Shown here: in pieces, positions 10,622-24,013 of the stretch | Layout: every line of letters starts with the position of its first letter | Position numbering within the stretch: the stretch's first letter is position 1 | Assembly: GCA_963664395.2 (NCBI GenBank) | Contig: OY761159.2 | Location: 640,001 to 704,000, forward strand | Direction of reading: 5' to 3' | DNA length: 64,000 bases | DNA from: Candidatus Binatia bacterium | GTDB taxonomy: Bacteria > Desulfobacterota > Binatia > Bin18 | The notes under the pieces: model-generated | What the model was told of the DNA's origin: nothing | What the model saw: only the letters and a program-made list of their open reading frames with translations | Database searches by the model: none | Made by a program: the position numbers and the translations under genes

Positions 10622-11859
10622 TATACCGCTCGAAGCTTTTTCCCCGCCGGCTCGGCCTGTCCTGAGCCAGGTCGAAGGGCCGGAACACTTACGCCACCAA
10701 AGGCTTTTCGGATGCCGCGGACCGCCTGCCGGGTCCGATGCTCATTCTCAATCAACGCGAAGCGGACGTAGTCTTCTCCATATGGCCCAAAACCAATTCC
10801 TGGGGACACCGCGACTTTGGCTTCCGTCAGGAGAAATTCGGCAAAGGCCATGGAGCCCATGGCCCGCAGTGGCTCTGGGATTTGCGCCCAGACAAACATC
10901 GTGCCTTTGGGTTTGGGGATATGCCAGCCCACCCGCTCCAGGCCGTCAATCAGGACATCGCGGCGGAGACGATAGCGCTGGCGCATGTCTTCCACGCAGT
11001 CCTGGGGGCCGTTCAAGGCCTGAATCGCGGCGATTTGAATGGGCTGAAAAATACCGTAGTCGAAATAGCTTTTGAGCCGGCCCAATGCCATGATCGCTTC
11101 GGGATTGCCGCACGCAAAGCCCACCCGCCAGCCCGGCATGTCATACGATTTCGACAAGGTAAAGAACTCAACACCTATCTCTTTTGCGCCGGGCACCTGC
11201 AGGAAGCTCGGCGGCGTATAGCCGTCAAAAAAGAGGTCGGCATAGGCAAAATCGTGAATGACAAACAACTTATGCTCACGGGCGAATTCCACCACCCGCG
11301 TAAAAAATTCGAGATCCACAACGGCCGTCGTCGGATTATGCGGGAAGCACAGCAGCAATACCTTTGGCCGCGGCCAACACTGCCGAACCGTTTCTTGAAG
11401 GGAGGCAAAGAAATCTTCCCCTGGTCGGAGCGGGACGACCCGTAAATCGGCATTGGCCATGACAATCGAATACTGGTGGATGGGATAGGTCGGACTCGGG
11501 CAGATGGCCACATCACCGGGGCCGAGAATCGACAGCGCCAAGTGGGACAGACCCTCTTTCGACCCGATTGTCACAATGGATTCGGACTCGGGATCAAGCT
11601 CCACCTCAAAGAGGCGTTTATACCAGTCGCAAATCGCCAGGCGTAGCTTGTATAGGCCACGTGAAGTTGAATAGCGATGATTCTGGGGCTTTGCCGCAGC
11701 CTCAACGAGCTTGTCCACCACGTGTTGCGGAGACGGGTGGTCGGGATTGCCCATCCCGAAATCGACAATATCCTCACCCGCCCAGCGTGCCTCCATTTTC
11801 ATCTTGTCCAGGGTGGCAAACAGATAGGGCGGAAGCCGTTTAATACGTGGAAATTCCAT
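10621..11859 (-). CDS. alaC: PLP-dependent aminotransferase class I/II (AlaC-like)
   Basis: [55 protein letters not shown]. Confidence 0.88.
   Translation of the reverse strand: MEFPRIKRLPPYLFATLDKMKMEARWAGEDIVDFGMGNPDHPSPQHVVDKLVEAAAKPQNHRYSTSRGLYKLRLAICDWYKRLFEVELDPESESIVTIGSKEGLSHLALSILGPGDVAICPSPTYPIHQYSIVMANADLRVVPLRPGEDFFASLQETVRQCWPRPKVLLLCFPHNPTTAVVDLEFFTRVVEFAREHKLFVIHDFAYADLFFDGYTPPSFLQVPGAKEIGVEFFTLSKSYDMPGWRVGFACGNPEAIMALGRLKSYFDYGIFQPIQIAAIQALNGPQDCVEDMRQRYRLRRDVLIDGLERVGWHIPKPKGTMFVWAQIPEPLRAMGSMAFAEFLLTEAKVAVSPGIGFGPYGEDYVRFALIENEHRTRQAVRGIRKAFGGVSVPALRPGSGQAEPAGKKLRAV
10655..10679. repeat. REP-like short element inside the alaC 3' end
   Basis: GCCTGTCCTGAGCCAGGTCGAAGGG resembles the widespread CCTGAGC-N-GTCGAAGG intergenic repeat. 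Confidence 0.5.
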
Positions 11860-12017
11860 GTTGTCTCACCTCTGGGGAGACAGGCCGTTCAGCCCTTCTC
11901 CGGCAGGACCTCCATTGCTGCTAAGGATATAGGGGATTTACCGAAACCGGTCAAACCGCTGGGAGTGCAGTTTCGGCCTCGACAGCCCACAGGCGGCGGG
12001 CAGGAATCCCCTCGAAT

Positions 12018-12182
12018 TTATTTCTTTCCGGCGGTACCTTGATTCGGCGGGTTGGTGGGTGGTTTTTTTGGAGACTGCTCGGTCGCCACAGGTTGGTAGC
12101 CGCGAGAGAAATCGACCCGAAGGTCGTTTTTCCTCTGTTTGTTGGACGGACGCGGAGCCGCAGATGTGTTATTCTTGCGCAT
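12018..12182 (-). CDS. Unannotated 54-aa Pro/Lys-rich micropeptide
   Basis: AGGAGG-aaatca-ATG; MRKNNTSAAPRPSNKQRKNDLRVDFSRGYQPVATEQSPKKPPTNPPNQGTAGKK*; overlaps the upstream gene's stop by 14 nt. Confidence 0.65.
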   Translation of the reverse strand: MRKNNTSAAPRPSNKQRKNDLRVDFSRGYQPVATEQSPKKPPTNPPNQGTAGKK

Positions 12183-12786
12183 TGATTTCCTCCTGAGGGT
12201 GGTAAGGCCAAAACTCTATTGTTCTGATTTCTTCGGCAGCAATGAGCACACCTCTCTCACTTTTCGGCGGCGTCCACGTACCATCTTCAGCAATATCATA
12301 AATCCATTGGATGAACATATCGCGCTCATCTGAATTAGAAGAAACGAAAGATTGTACACCGTAGAAGCCTGCAAAACGGGTCCCATCTTTCAGTGTCACA
12401 AGAACCCACTGTTCTGCCATACCGTTGAACTTCCAGTCCCAGGCGGTCGGTATGGCGTGGGCAGGATAGAGACCAAACCGATTAAGGAAACGGCGAACAA
12501 GGTCTTTCTGGATATTGATCCCCAAAAGTAGGCCGAGAAAAATAGGGCCAACAAAAACAACGCCGAACCAAACCAGTCTTGAATCCTGTATCAACGCGGG
12601 ATCAACGACAGGGAGAACCAGAGCGCCATAGATGACTGAGATGGTGAGATAGGAGAGAAGCGAAGCCTTATTCTCGGACGGAATTCTTCCGGTTATGAAC
12701 TGCGAGCGTACTGATAACGCGATAAAGCCAGGGACAATGAAAACCAGAATAAGGTAGAGACTATTAACTGACAGTAATTTAGTCAC
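12169..12786 (-). CDS. DUF6338-like membrane protein
   Basis: Three hydrophobic helices starting with FIVPGFI, then TAWDWKF..WVLVTLKDGTRFAG..S..ERDMFI..GVLI..EIRTIEF; visibly more AT-rich than neighbours; AAGGAG RBS. Confidence 0.75.
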   Translation of the reverse strand: MTKLLSVNSLYLILVFIVPGFIALSVRSQFITGRIPSENKASLLSYLTISVIYGALVLPVVDPALIQDSRLVWFGVVFVGPIFLGLLLGINIQKDLVRRFLNRFGLYPAHAIPTAWDWKFNGMAEQWVLVTLKDGTRFAGFYGVQSFVSSNSDERDMFIQWIYDIAEDGTWTPPKSERGVLIAAEEIRTIEFWPYHPQEEINAQE

Positions 12787-12890
12787 GGCTCAACCTCTCC
12801 TTACCTGCCAGACAGTACGGCTACGAAGCTGATCGCTTTCTGACCATCAGCTATGCCCGCTTGTCGTGTCAAGATTCTACTGCTCACTCG

Positions 12891-15800
12891 TCACCCCTCC
12901 ACTCCCGCGTCCGGCTCGCCCGCCCCCAACGCATTCATCCACGCCAAACACAAGTCACGCGAGCGGTAGCGACCATACGTCGCCATTTCCTGACGTTCGA
13001 CAATCGGGAAAGTAGAATAGATGTAGCGCACGTCATCACGGTCAGTGACGCCGTACAGATGAAAAAACACCGCGTCGAGTTTGGCGCGCAGGTGCAACCG
13101 CCGTTCCTCGTCCCACACGAACGGCGGCTTGACGTTGCCCAACTCATCCACATGGCCCAGGTCGCGGGCGAAGGGGGCCATGTCGTGGGCCGTATAGGTG
13201 AGTTCCAGTACGGCCTCACGGACGATCTCACCGGCGGTCTTGGGGCCGAAACCCACGCTCTCGAAAGTTGCTGCCGGCACGACAGGCATTTGCTCCAGAA
13301 CGTACCATGTAAAATGCGTTGCCGGCACTTTTTGCCGAGCCACGAAGTCGAACACCACGGCGTTCAGGTTCGCAACGAGCAGGCTCGCAAGCACAGACCG
13401 CCGGGAGCTGTCAGCGTCTATCAGGAATACGGGCAACGTATTTCCCGCGCCGGCGCGTGGGATGAGCGCTGAGATCATGGTGCGCATGTTGGTGGCGGCG
13501 GTAATGTCCTTGAAGGCGATGGCCCACTCGTCAACCCACTTCCATGTCCCGGAATCTTCTTTCACATAGTAGCGCGACTTTGGAGAACGCTCGGGGTCTC
13601 GCTTCTCCGAATCAGGAATGGATTCCTGCTGACCGGGCCGAAAAAGATTCTCCTCATTGATGGTGATATCAGCCGCTCGGTGGTCAAATCTCTGCACCAT
13701 CTTGCCCTCGTACAGCGGCAACCATTCCCCGCTCGGACTGTCGAAGCGGTTGCCGCCAATGGGCCACGCGCCCTCCCCTTCTTCCAACTCTTCGCGCGTG
13801 CGGAACAGATAAGAATCATTCGTCATGTGGAACATCGTGGCGTACTTCACCGGCCACGCCTTGACTTCCTCGTCGCCGGAACGACCCACCAACACCGGCA
13901 GGCGTTCGTAGATCGCGGTCGTCAGCTTGGCGTCACGGCTTGTGCGGAAGATGGGCGCGGTGCCGGTGTTCGGGTTGACACGGACGAAGTCCTCGGCGGT
14001 CAGCGGGAAACATCGCTCCGGGTCGTTGAGTTCGGAGACATCCTGCAAAAAGAACGCGCATTGGGCAGGCTCGCCGAACGACGTCGGGCTGGCCACAATC
14101 GCACAGAACTTGAAGCGGCTGTCCACGTCCGGGAAGAACGGCGGGGCATTGAACTTGGTCCTGCGGTTCTCGAAGTCATACAACGCTCGCAACCGACCTT
14201 CCGTTGCCACGCCCTGAAAAAACGGCGCCGCGGTCTTGTCCGATGCAATGCCGGACGGCACCAGCAACCCGACCATGCCCGTCGGCTTGACCAGCGTCAT
14301 GGCCCGCTCGACAAACAGTGAGTACAGATTCACGTCGCCATGCGACAACAAAGGATAGTCGCCACAGGCGCGCGCCATGCGCGTAGCGTTGGCGGCCCGT
14401 TCGCTCGCCTTGGCAAAATCGTGGCCGAGCGGGTCGCCGTCCGTCTCTAACGCGGCGATCAGGCGCTTGCGATCCGTAGCGCGTTGGGCCAGGGCAATCT
14501 CGGGGCGGCGGGCGGCGAACCATTCGACCTGTTGCAGCTTAATGCGATCCCAGGGCGGGTTACCGATGACCGCGTCAAAGCCGCCGTCCGGCTCCGTATT
14601 TTTCAGATTCGTCCATACGCCGGGAAACGCAGCCTGCCAGTTCAGAAAGCGCTCTTCGGCAATGAGACTGCGCGCCCGTTTCAGCAGTTCGGCGAACCGT
14701 TCGCCATCGGGTGTAGCAGTCGAGACGGCGCACCGCCCCTGAGCAATATTGAGCGGATCGCCCAAGCGGCTCTCGAAAAAAGCGTGCAGCGCAGCCGTGT
14801 CATCACGGTCTTGGATGTCCAGCCAGTCCAGGGCGTGCAGCAGCGACAGAAACGCGTCGAGCGGCGCGGTCATGGCCTCCACCTCGGCGAAGGTTTGCGC
14901 GGACTGCCGCGCCTCGGCAATCTCGGCGTCCGTCAGGTGCTCAACGACCTGCATGGCGTTGGCCGCGTCCGCGGCGCGGTTCACCGGCTCGTGGATGAAC
15001 AGCCCATGGCCACCGGCACTCATCTTCTCTATGCCCTGACGCGCCCAGCAGCCGAACAGACTGTTACCGCAACGCAAGTGGTGGTCCAGAAAGCTCAGCG
15101 GCGCACCCACGGTGAAAGTGTGCAGCCACAGCGACACCTTGGCCAGTTCGACGGCCATCGGGTTTTTGTCCACGCCGTAGACGCAGCGCTTGAGCACCAT
15201 GCGGCGAATGACGTGACGGTCGTCAAGCTGTTCCGCGTCGATGGTCCAGCCGCGCTCGGCGGCATTATTCAGGATGGTGGTCCGAATGGCGTCAATCCGC
15301 TTGGTCAACGGCGAAACATAGTCCTCGACCGTGGCCTGAGCCTCGGCAATCGCGGCAATCACGCTGTCGGCCAGATAGTCCACCAGGCTGACCAGAAAAT
15401 GCCCGGAGCCCATGGCCGGGTCGCAGATTTTCAGTTCCAGGAGCCGCTCAGCAGGATCGAGCCGCTGCAGCTCACCCTGTGTGAGGCCGGCGTCCGAACG
15501 GCGCTTATCACGCTTTGCCGCCCGTTCGGAAAATGCTGTCAGGCGCGCCCGGACCAGCGGGCCGACCGTCTCCTTGAGAATCACGTTCACAAGATCGTCC
15601 GGGGTGTAATAGCTGCCCGAGCCCTTGCGGGCAAACACGTTGGGCCGCACACCGATTGTGTCACCGTCGCGGACGACTTCGTATTCGAGCAGGCGTTCAT
15701 AGATTGAGCCGAGCTGCTGCACGCTCAGGTCGCGGTAGTTGATATAGCGCCGACCTTCTGGTGTCTGCTCAAACGATAGCGCGTCAATCACGTCAGCCAT

Positions 15801-16985
15801 GACCTGATCACCCAGTCGGATGCGGGTCAGCAAGGGCGTGCGCGCCCGGTCAAACAGACCGCCGTTATAGGGCGGCAGGCCGATACTGGCGTCGCCTTGG
15901 TCAACCGCGCGGCACAGATCGTCAACCGTAGACCAATAGCGGCTGGCGTTTTCGGAAAACGTGTCGTTACCGTCCTTACGCCGCCCGACATCACCCCGTA
16001 CTTTTTCGCGCAAACCGTAATCGTCATAGCGGTCGTCCCGCACCGGCAGCAGGTCGCGGTCCTCGGCATACAGGATAAACAGCAGCCGGTAGAGCAGAAT
16101 CAAGGCCGAGTCGCGCACCTCGGACAACAGGGCGTCCGGCGCAGCCGCGGCAATGGCACGGGCCAGGCTGGGAAAGACCTGCTTGAAGACCAGTTCGGAC
16201 AGGTCGGCGGCTACCCGCTCTTCATAGAATCGGCCTTGGGCAAGCGCACGCTGATGCAGGCTGCGCGAGTCCGCGGTGTCCGGGTCGGGCAGAAAGGCAG
16301 CACGGCGAAAAAAGAGCACGAACAGCTTGAGCCAGTGCCGGCGGTCGGCCTCGGACAGCGCGAACAGGCCGTCGTTATGGCCGGACAGACCCAGGGCCGT
16401 CGCCAGGTCGATCTCGAAGAACTGTTCCGACACGGACCGCGCGCCGGCATAGGACAGCCGCCACTTGGCACCGTTGGTGAGAATGCCCCAGCGCAGCGTC
16501 CCGTTCGTCAGGTCATCCACCCGCCGCAGGTAGCGCAGCATCTGGGTTGAGGGCGCGGTCTCCTCGCCCCGCCGGTCGGAGCGCCGGTCGAGCGGGCGTT
16601 GCCAACGCTTGGACTCGACCACGGCCAGGCCGAATGCGTACCGCTTCCATTCCTGCCGGCATCGGTTGGCGCGGGCTTTGGCCTCGTCATCGGCAAATAG
16701 CAGGCCGTCGGGCACATCGTCCCGGCCCTGGGCAGTGAGGTTCTGCTGCCGCAGGCTGGCCGTCCAGCCGAGAGCCCCGAGTACCGGCCAAATCAGATCG
16801 TCCTCGGTCTGGCTCTCGTTGGGGGTGAGGGCCGTCGGGAAGCGCTCGAAGACGGTCCGCAGCGCGCGTTCACATCCGTCCAGCGCTGCGTCGTCAAAAG
16901 CCTGCCAGTCGATCAATTGAGCAACAGATTCCGTCAGAAAATCGTGGGCAAACAGGCTGCCCTGGACGATATCGTTCATATTCAC
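12891..16985 (-). CDS. Type IIG restriction-modification fusion (nuclease + N6-adenine MTase + target recognition domain, Eco57I-like)
   Basis: N-terminal VPDGLLF...VESKRW (PD-D/ExK), LGSIYERLL, GSYYTP, DPAMGSGHFL (motif I), IGNPPW (motif IV). Confidence 0.9.
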   Translation of the reverse strand: MNMNDIVQGSLFAHDFLTESVAQLIDWQAFDDAALDGCERALRTVFERFPTALTPNESQTEDDLIWPVLGALGWTASLRQQNLTAQGRDDVPDGLLFADDEAKARANRCRQEWKRYAFGLAVVESKRWQRPLDRRSDRRGEETAPSTQMLRYLRRVDDLTNGTLRWGILTNGAKWRLSYAGARSVSEQFFEIDLATALGLSGHNDGLFALSEADRRHWLKLFVLFFRRAAFLPDPDTADSRSLHQRALAQGRFYEERVAADLSELVFKQVFPSLARAIAAAAPDALLSEVRDSALILLYRLLFILYAEDRDLLPVRDDRYDDYGLREKVRGDVGRRKDGNDTFSENASRYWSTVDDLCRAVDQGDASIGLPPYNGGLFDRARTPLLTRIRLGDQVMADVIDALSFEQTPEGRRYINYRDLSVQQLGSIYERLLEYEVVRDGDTIGVRPNVFARKGSGSYYTPDDLVNVILKETVGPLVRARLTAFSERAAKRDKRRSDAGLTQGELQRLDPAERLLELKICDPAMGSGHFLVSLVDYLADSVIAAIAEAQATVEDYVSPLTKRIDAIRTTILNNAAERGWTIDAEQLDDRHVIRRMVLKRCVYGVDKNPMAVELAKVSLWLHTFTVGAPLSFLDHHLRCGNSLFGCWARQGIEKMSAGGHGLFIHEPVNRAADAANAMQVVEHLTDAEIAEARQSAQTFAEVEAMTAPLDAFLSLLHALDWLDIQDRDDTAALHAFFESRLGDPLNIAQGRCAVSTATPDGERFAELLKRARSLIAEERFLNWQAAFPGVWTNLKNTEPDGGFDAVIGNPPWDRIKLQQVEWFAARRPEIALAQRATDRKRLIAALETDGDPLGHDFAKASERAANATRMARACGDYPLLSHGDVNLYSLFVERAMTLVKPTGMVGLLVPSGIASDKTAAPFFQGVATEGRLRALYDFENRRTKFNAPPFFPDVDSRFKFCAIVASPTSFGEPAQCAFFLQDVSELNDPERCFPLTAEDFVRVNPNTGTAPIFRTSRDAKLTTAIYERLPVLVGRSGDEEVKAWPVKYATMFHMTNDSYLFRTREELEEGEGAWPIGGNRFDSPSGEWLPLYEGKMVQRFDHRAADITINEENLFRPGQQESIPDSEKRDPERSPKSRYYVKEDSGTWKWVDEWAIAFKDITAATNMRTMISALIPRAGAGNTLPVFLIDADSSRRSVLASLLVANLNAVVFDFVARQKVPATHFTWYVLEQMPVVPAATFESVGFGPKTAGEIVREAVLELTYTAHDMAPFARDLGHVDELGNVKPPFVWDEERRLHLRAKLDAVFFHLYGVTDRDDVRYIYSTFPIVERQEMATYGRYRSRDLCLAWMNALGAGEPDAGVEG

Positions 16986-17047
16986 GCGCCCACGGTCTTT
17001 GTTTCGTTGCGGATTGTGCTTCTGCCCGACAAATTCATTGAGATAAT

Positions 17048-17283
17048 ATGAAAACTATTACTATCACTATTGACGAAACCACGCTGCGGTTCCTTGCTGA
17101 ACTCGCCGTTTCTTTTGCCCGTCGTCAGAGTCGCTCCGCGCTCGTGCGGACACAATTCATGGCTTTGCCGAGCAGCAGCGCCGACGCAAGACCGAGGCGG
17201 ACGAAGACCACCTATTTCACACCAGTCGGAAACGTCTGGCCAGAGAAGCCAAGGCGTTGGTCGCCGAGCAAGCCCGGCCATGA
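17048..17283 (+). pseudogene. Frameshifted ribbon-helix-helix (CopG-like) antitoxin
   Basis: MKTITITIDETTL...SRSALVRT, then after a 1-nt loss near 17152 IHGFAEQQRRRKTEADEDHLFHTSRKRLAREAKALVAEQARP*; ends in an ATGA overlap with an MKRG start. Confidence 0.65.
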
Positions 17284-17329
17284 AGCGTGGCTGTGGGAAA
17301 TGTACGAAAACCGAGCCTCGGCTTCAGGC

Positions 17330-19579
17330 TCAGCCCACCCGAGCCAGCTCAAGCCGCCCGGCCCAGCGGTCTTCGAGTACGGCCCGCAGTCGGCGGGATT
17401 CGGGTGTGGTCAGGTTGGGGTCGCGGGCGAGCCAGGCCAGGGCTTCGTCCCGCGCGGTTTCCAGAATCTTGCTGTCGCGCACGATATTGGCCACGCGGAA
17501 GTCGGGCATCCCGGACTGACGCGTGCCCAGAAATTCACCCGGCCCACGAAACGCCAGGTCGGCTTCGGCAATTTTGAAGCCATCCTCGGTTTCCACCATG
17601 ATCTGAAGACGCCGCCTGGACTCGTCCCCCGGCGCGTACTGTGCCAGCAGCAAACACAATGAGGCGGCTTGCCCGCGTCCGACGCGACCGCGCAACTGAT
17701 GCAACTGCGCCAACCCGAATCGTTCGGCATGTTCAATCACAATGACCGTGGCGTTCGGCACATCAATCCCAACCTCAATGACGGTTGTCGAAACGAGCAA
17801 CTGATGCGCGCCGGTCTTGAAACGCTGCATGGCCGCCTCTTTTTCATCGCCCTTCATGCGGCCATGGACGAGGCCGACCGAATAATCGGCAAAGAAGGTT
17901 TGCGACAACTCTTTAGCCATAGAGGTCGCGGCCTTCAGGTCTAACTTCTCGGATTCCTCAACCAGCGGATAGACCACATAGGCTTGATGGCCCTGATCGA
18001 TCTGTTCCTTGACGAGTCGGTAGGCTTTTTTGCGTTCGCCTTCATGGAACACCCGAGTCGTGATCGGCTTGCGACCGGGCGGGCGTTCATCAAGAGCCAG
18101 GACATCCAGGTCGCCATACATGGTCAGGGCCAGGGTACGTGGGATGGGGGTTGCGGTCAGGAGCAGAATATCGGGATTCACCCCTCGTTTGCGCAAGGCC
18201 ACACGCTGCATCACCCCAAAGCGATGCTGCTCATCAACGATGGCCAAGCCCAAATGCTGAAAGCGCACACCGTCCTGGATCAGGGCATGCGTCCCCACCG
18301 CAATCTCGACCTCGCCGCGTTCCAGGAGACCATAGATCTCCTGTTTCCGTTTCATGCGGGTTTCTCCGGTCAGCAGGGCCATGGAGATGCCGAGCTGCTC
18401 GGCCAGCGGCGTCAGCGTCCGGTAGTGCTGCTCGGCCAGGAGTTCCGTCGGAGCCATGAACGCTACCTGATAGCCGCTGTCGAGCGCGGCCAGGGCCGCA
18501 AAGAAGGCGACAATGGTCTTGCCCGAGCCGACATCCCCCTGCACCAGTCGATTCATGGGGTGAGGCGCGGCCATATCTCGAAAAATCGTCTCAGTCACAC
18601 GCTCTTGGGCCGCGGTCAACCGAAACGGCAAAATGCCATACACCTGCCGGACCAAGGGGCCCGGCACAATGGACAGCCCCTCTTCGCGGACGATGTTGCG
18701 CCGGCGCAGGGCCATGCCGAGTTGCAAATAAAACAGTTCGTCGAACACCACGGCCCGATGCGCCGGAGAGATAGCCTCATTGAGTGCGGCAATCTCAATA
18801 TCGAGCGGGGGAAAATGCAGCTGCCGCAGGGCTTGATTGAGCGGCATCAGGTGCAGGCGCTCACAAATTTCCTGCGGCACGCCGTTGGGGACCTGATCGA
18901 CATGCAGGCTAACGGCACCATGCACGACCCGCCGCATGGCAGCCACCGTCATTTCCGTGGTCTTGTTATAAATGGGCAGGACGCGGGCGGTCTCATCCTC
19001 TTCTTCCATCGGCTCCATGTCCGGGTGGATCATCCACTTGCCGCCCTTCATGCCCTTCTCGACCTTCCCGTACAGGAGGACACGCTGACCAAGTTGATAG
19101 CGTTGCTGAAAATAGCGATGCTGGTGATACCACAGCAGAAAGAGGAAGCCGGTTTCGTCGCGCACAACCGCTTCCAGCACCCAACGACGCCGGCGGGCCA
19201 GAAAGCGACGGCCCATACGGGCGATCTGTCCGGTTATCGCGGTCTCATCTCCAATCTGAAGATCACGGATTTGCTTGATCTCGCGCCGGTCCTGATAGCG
19301 AAACGGAATATGGTACAGCAGGTCTTCGACCGTCTCGATACCCAGCCGGGCCAATTGCTCCGCGCGACGCGGGCCTACGCCTTTGACATACTGCACCGAT
19401 TTTTTGAGCGGTGGCTGGGAGGCGCGAAACGAGCGCGCCGACGAGGAAGGGGGGGCAGCATCCCCTCTCTCTCCCCCCTTGATAAGGGCGGCTGGGGGGG
19501 AGGCCTGGTCAAAGAGCTGGGGAGTTCCCTCTGACGTGCGACTTTTCGACCCTCTGACGTGCGACTTTTCGACAGCCAT
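17330..19579 (-). CDS. recG: ATP-dependent DNA helicase RecG
   Basis: VKGVGP, QGDVGSGKT, MAPTELLAEQH, DEQHRFG, TATPIPRT, QLHQLRGRVGRG, RGPGEFLGTRQSG; start uncertain. Confidence 0.95.
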   Translation of the reverse strand: MAVEKSHVRGSKSRTSEGTPQLFDQASPPAALIKGGERGDAAPPSSSARSFRASQPPLKKSVQYVKGVGPRRAEQLARLGIETVEDLLYHIPFRYQDRREIKQIRDLQIGDETAITGQIARMGRRFLARRRRWVLEAVVRDETGFLFLLWYHQHRYFQQRYQLGQRVLLYGKVEKGMKGGKWMIHPDMEPMEEEDETARVLPIYNKTTEMTVAAMRRVVHGAVSLHVDQVPNGVPQEICERLHLMPLNQALRQLHFPPLDIEIAALNEAISPAHRAVVFDELFYLQLGMALRRRNIVREEGLSIVPGPLVRQVYGILPFRLTAAQERVTETIFRDMAAPHPMNRLVQGDVGSGKTIVAFFAALAALDSGYQVAFMAPTELLAEQHYRTLTPLAEQLGISMALLTGETRMKRKQEIYGLLERGEVEIAVGTHALIQDGVRFQHLGLAIVDEQHRFGVMQRVALRKRGVNPDILLLTATPIPRTLALTMYGDLDVLALDERPPGRKPITTRVFHEGERKKAYRLVKEQIDQGHQAYVVYPLVEESEKLDLKAATSMAKELSQTFFADYSVGLVHGRMKGDEKEAAMQRFKTGAHQLLVSTTVIEVGIDVPNATVIVIEHAERFGLAQLHQLRGRVGRGQAASLCLLLAQYAPGDESRRRLQIMVETEDGFKIAEADLAFRGPGEFLGTRQSGMPDFRVANIVRDSKILETARDEALAWLARDPNLTTPESRRLRAVLEDRWAGRLELARVG
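19461..19501. repeat. REP-like palindrome in the recG 5' region
   Basis: TCCCCTCTCTCTCCCCCTTTGATAAGGGCGGCTGGGGGGGA, CCCCCTT-GAT-AAGGG type hairpin. Confidence 0.45.
19528..19573. repeat. Perfect tandem repeat, 2 x 23 bp
   Basis: CCTCTGACGTGCGACTTTTCGAC twice. Confidence 0.9.
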
Positions 19580-19580
19580 C

Positions 19581-22850
<3,270 letters not shown>

Positions 22851-22873
22851 GGTTTATATCTGTCGGTCAGAAA

Positions 22874-24013
22874 TCAGCCTCGAAACTGCTCCATCAAAGT
22901 AGTAAAGCGCTGGAACAAATAGGCCGCATCATGCGGGCCGGGAGAAGACTCCGGATGATACTGCACGGAAAAGAGTGGCTCCTGCGTATGCCGCAAGCCT
23001 TCCACCGTCCGGTCGTTCAGGTTGAGATGGGTGACTTCCGCCCGCTCGCACAACGAGTCGACGTCAACACAAAAACTGTGATTCTGAGCTGTAATTTCAA
23101 CCTTCCGGGTGGTGAGGTCCATCACCGGCTGGTTTCCACCGTGATGTCCGAATTTGAGCTTATAGGTCTGTCCACCCAGCGCCAGGCCCATAAGCTGGTG
23201 CCCGAGACAGATGCCGAACAGGGGGACTTGCCCCACCAGGGCGGCAATACTCTCTCTGGCATAGGACACGGCATCCGGGTCGCCCGGCCCATTCGACAAA
23301 AAAACGCCATCCGGCTTGAGACCCAGGACCTCCGCCGCAGGGGTGTGAGCCGGCACAACCCGCACCCGACAGCCAGCCTCAACCAGATGGCGCAGGATGT
23401 TGAACTTCACTCCAAAATCGTAGGCGACCACAGAGAAGCGCGGCTCGGGTGCATGCCCTGTCCCTTGCTGGCGATAGCCGCCCTCCAACTCCCAGTGGCC
23501 TTGGGACCAGTCATACGGCTCGCGACAGGTGACTTCTTTCACCAGGTCACGTCCAACTAAACTTGGCGCGGCTTGCGCTTTTTCCACCAAATGTTTTGGA
23601 TCAACATCGCGGGTTGAGATCACGCCTTGCTGGGCGCCGCCATCACGGATGCGGCGGACGAGTGAACGGGTATCAATACCCTGAATGCCCACAATGTCAT
23701 GCTCACGCATATAGGCGGCCAAACTCTTTTGGGCCCGCCAGTTACTTGGCCGTTCCCAGTATTCCTTGACCACGAAGCCTTCAACAAATGGCCGGCGGGA
23801 TTCGACATCTTCGGCATTGACCCCGACATTGCCAATCTCGGGATAGGTCATGGTGACGATCTGACCTGTATAGGAGGGATCGGTGAGAATCTCCTGATAG
23901 CCGGTCAGCGAGGTGTTGAAGACGACCTCGCCGACCGCTTCCCCCTGAGCGCCAAAGGCGCTGCCCTCAAAAACCGTCCCATCGGCAAGGGCTAAGAGTG
24001 CTGTGGGTCTCAC
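22874..24013 (-). CDS. carA: Carbamoyl-phosphate synthase small subunit
   Basis: [43 protein letters not shown]. Confidence 0.98.
   Translation of the reverse strand: MRPTALLALADGTVFEGSAFGAQGEAVGEVVFNTSLTGYQEILTDPSYTGQIVTMTYPEIGNVGVNAEDVESRRPFVEGFVVKEYWERPSNWRAQKSLAAYMREHDIVGIQGIDTRSLVRRIRDGGAQQGVISTRDVDPKHLVEKAQAAPSLVGRDLVKEVTCREPYDWSQGHWELEGGYRQQGTGHAPEPRFSVVAYDFGVKFNILRHLVEAGCRVRVVPAHTPAAEVLGLKPDGVFLSNGPGDPDAVSYARESIAALVGQVPLFGICLGHQLMGLALGGQTYKLKFGHHGGNQPVMDLTTRKVEITAQNHSFCVDVDSLCERAEVTHLNLNDRTVEGLRHTQEPLFSVQYHPESSPGPHDAAYLFQRFTTLMEQFRG

Noticed and set aside
12891-16985. BREX PglX or DISARM methylase assignment
   Set aside because: No brx/pgl or drm partner genes nearby; a stand-alone type IIG call is more economical
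17048-17662. 204-aa ORF as a real protein
   Set aside because: Only the first 35 or so residues look like RHH; the rest is out-of-frame read-through antisense to recG
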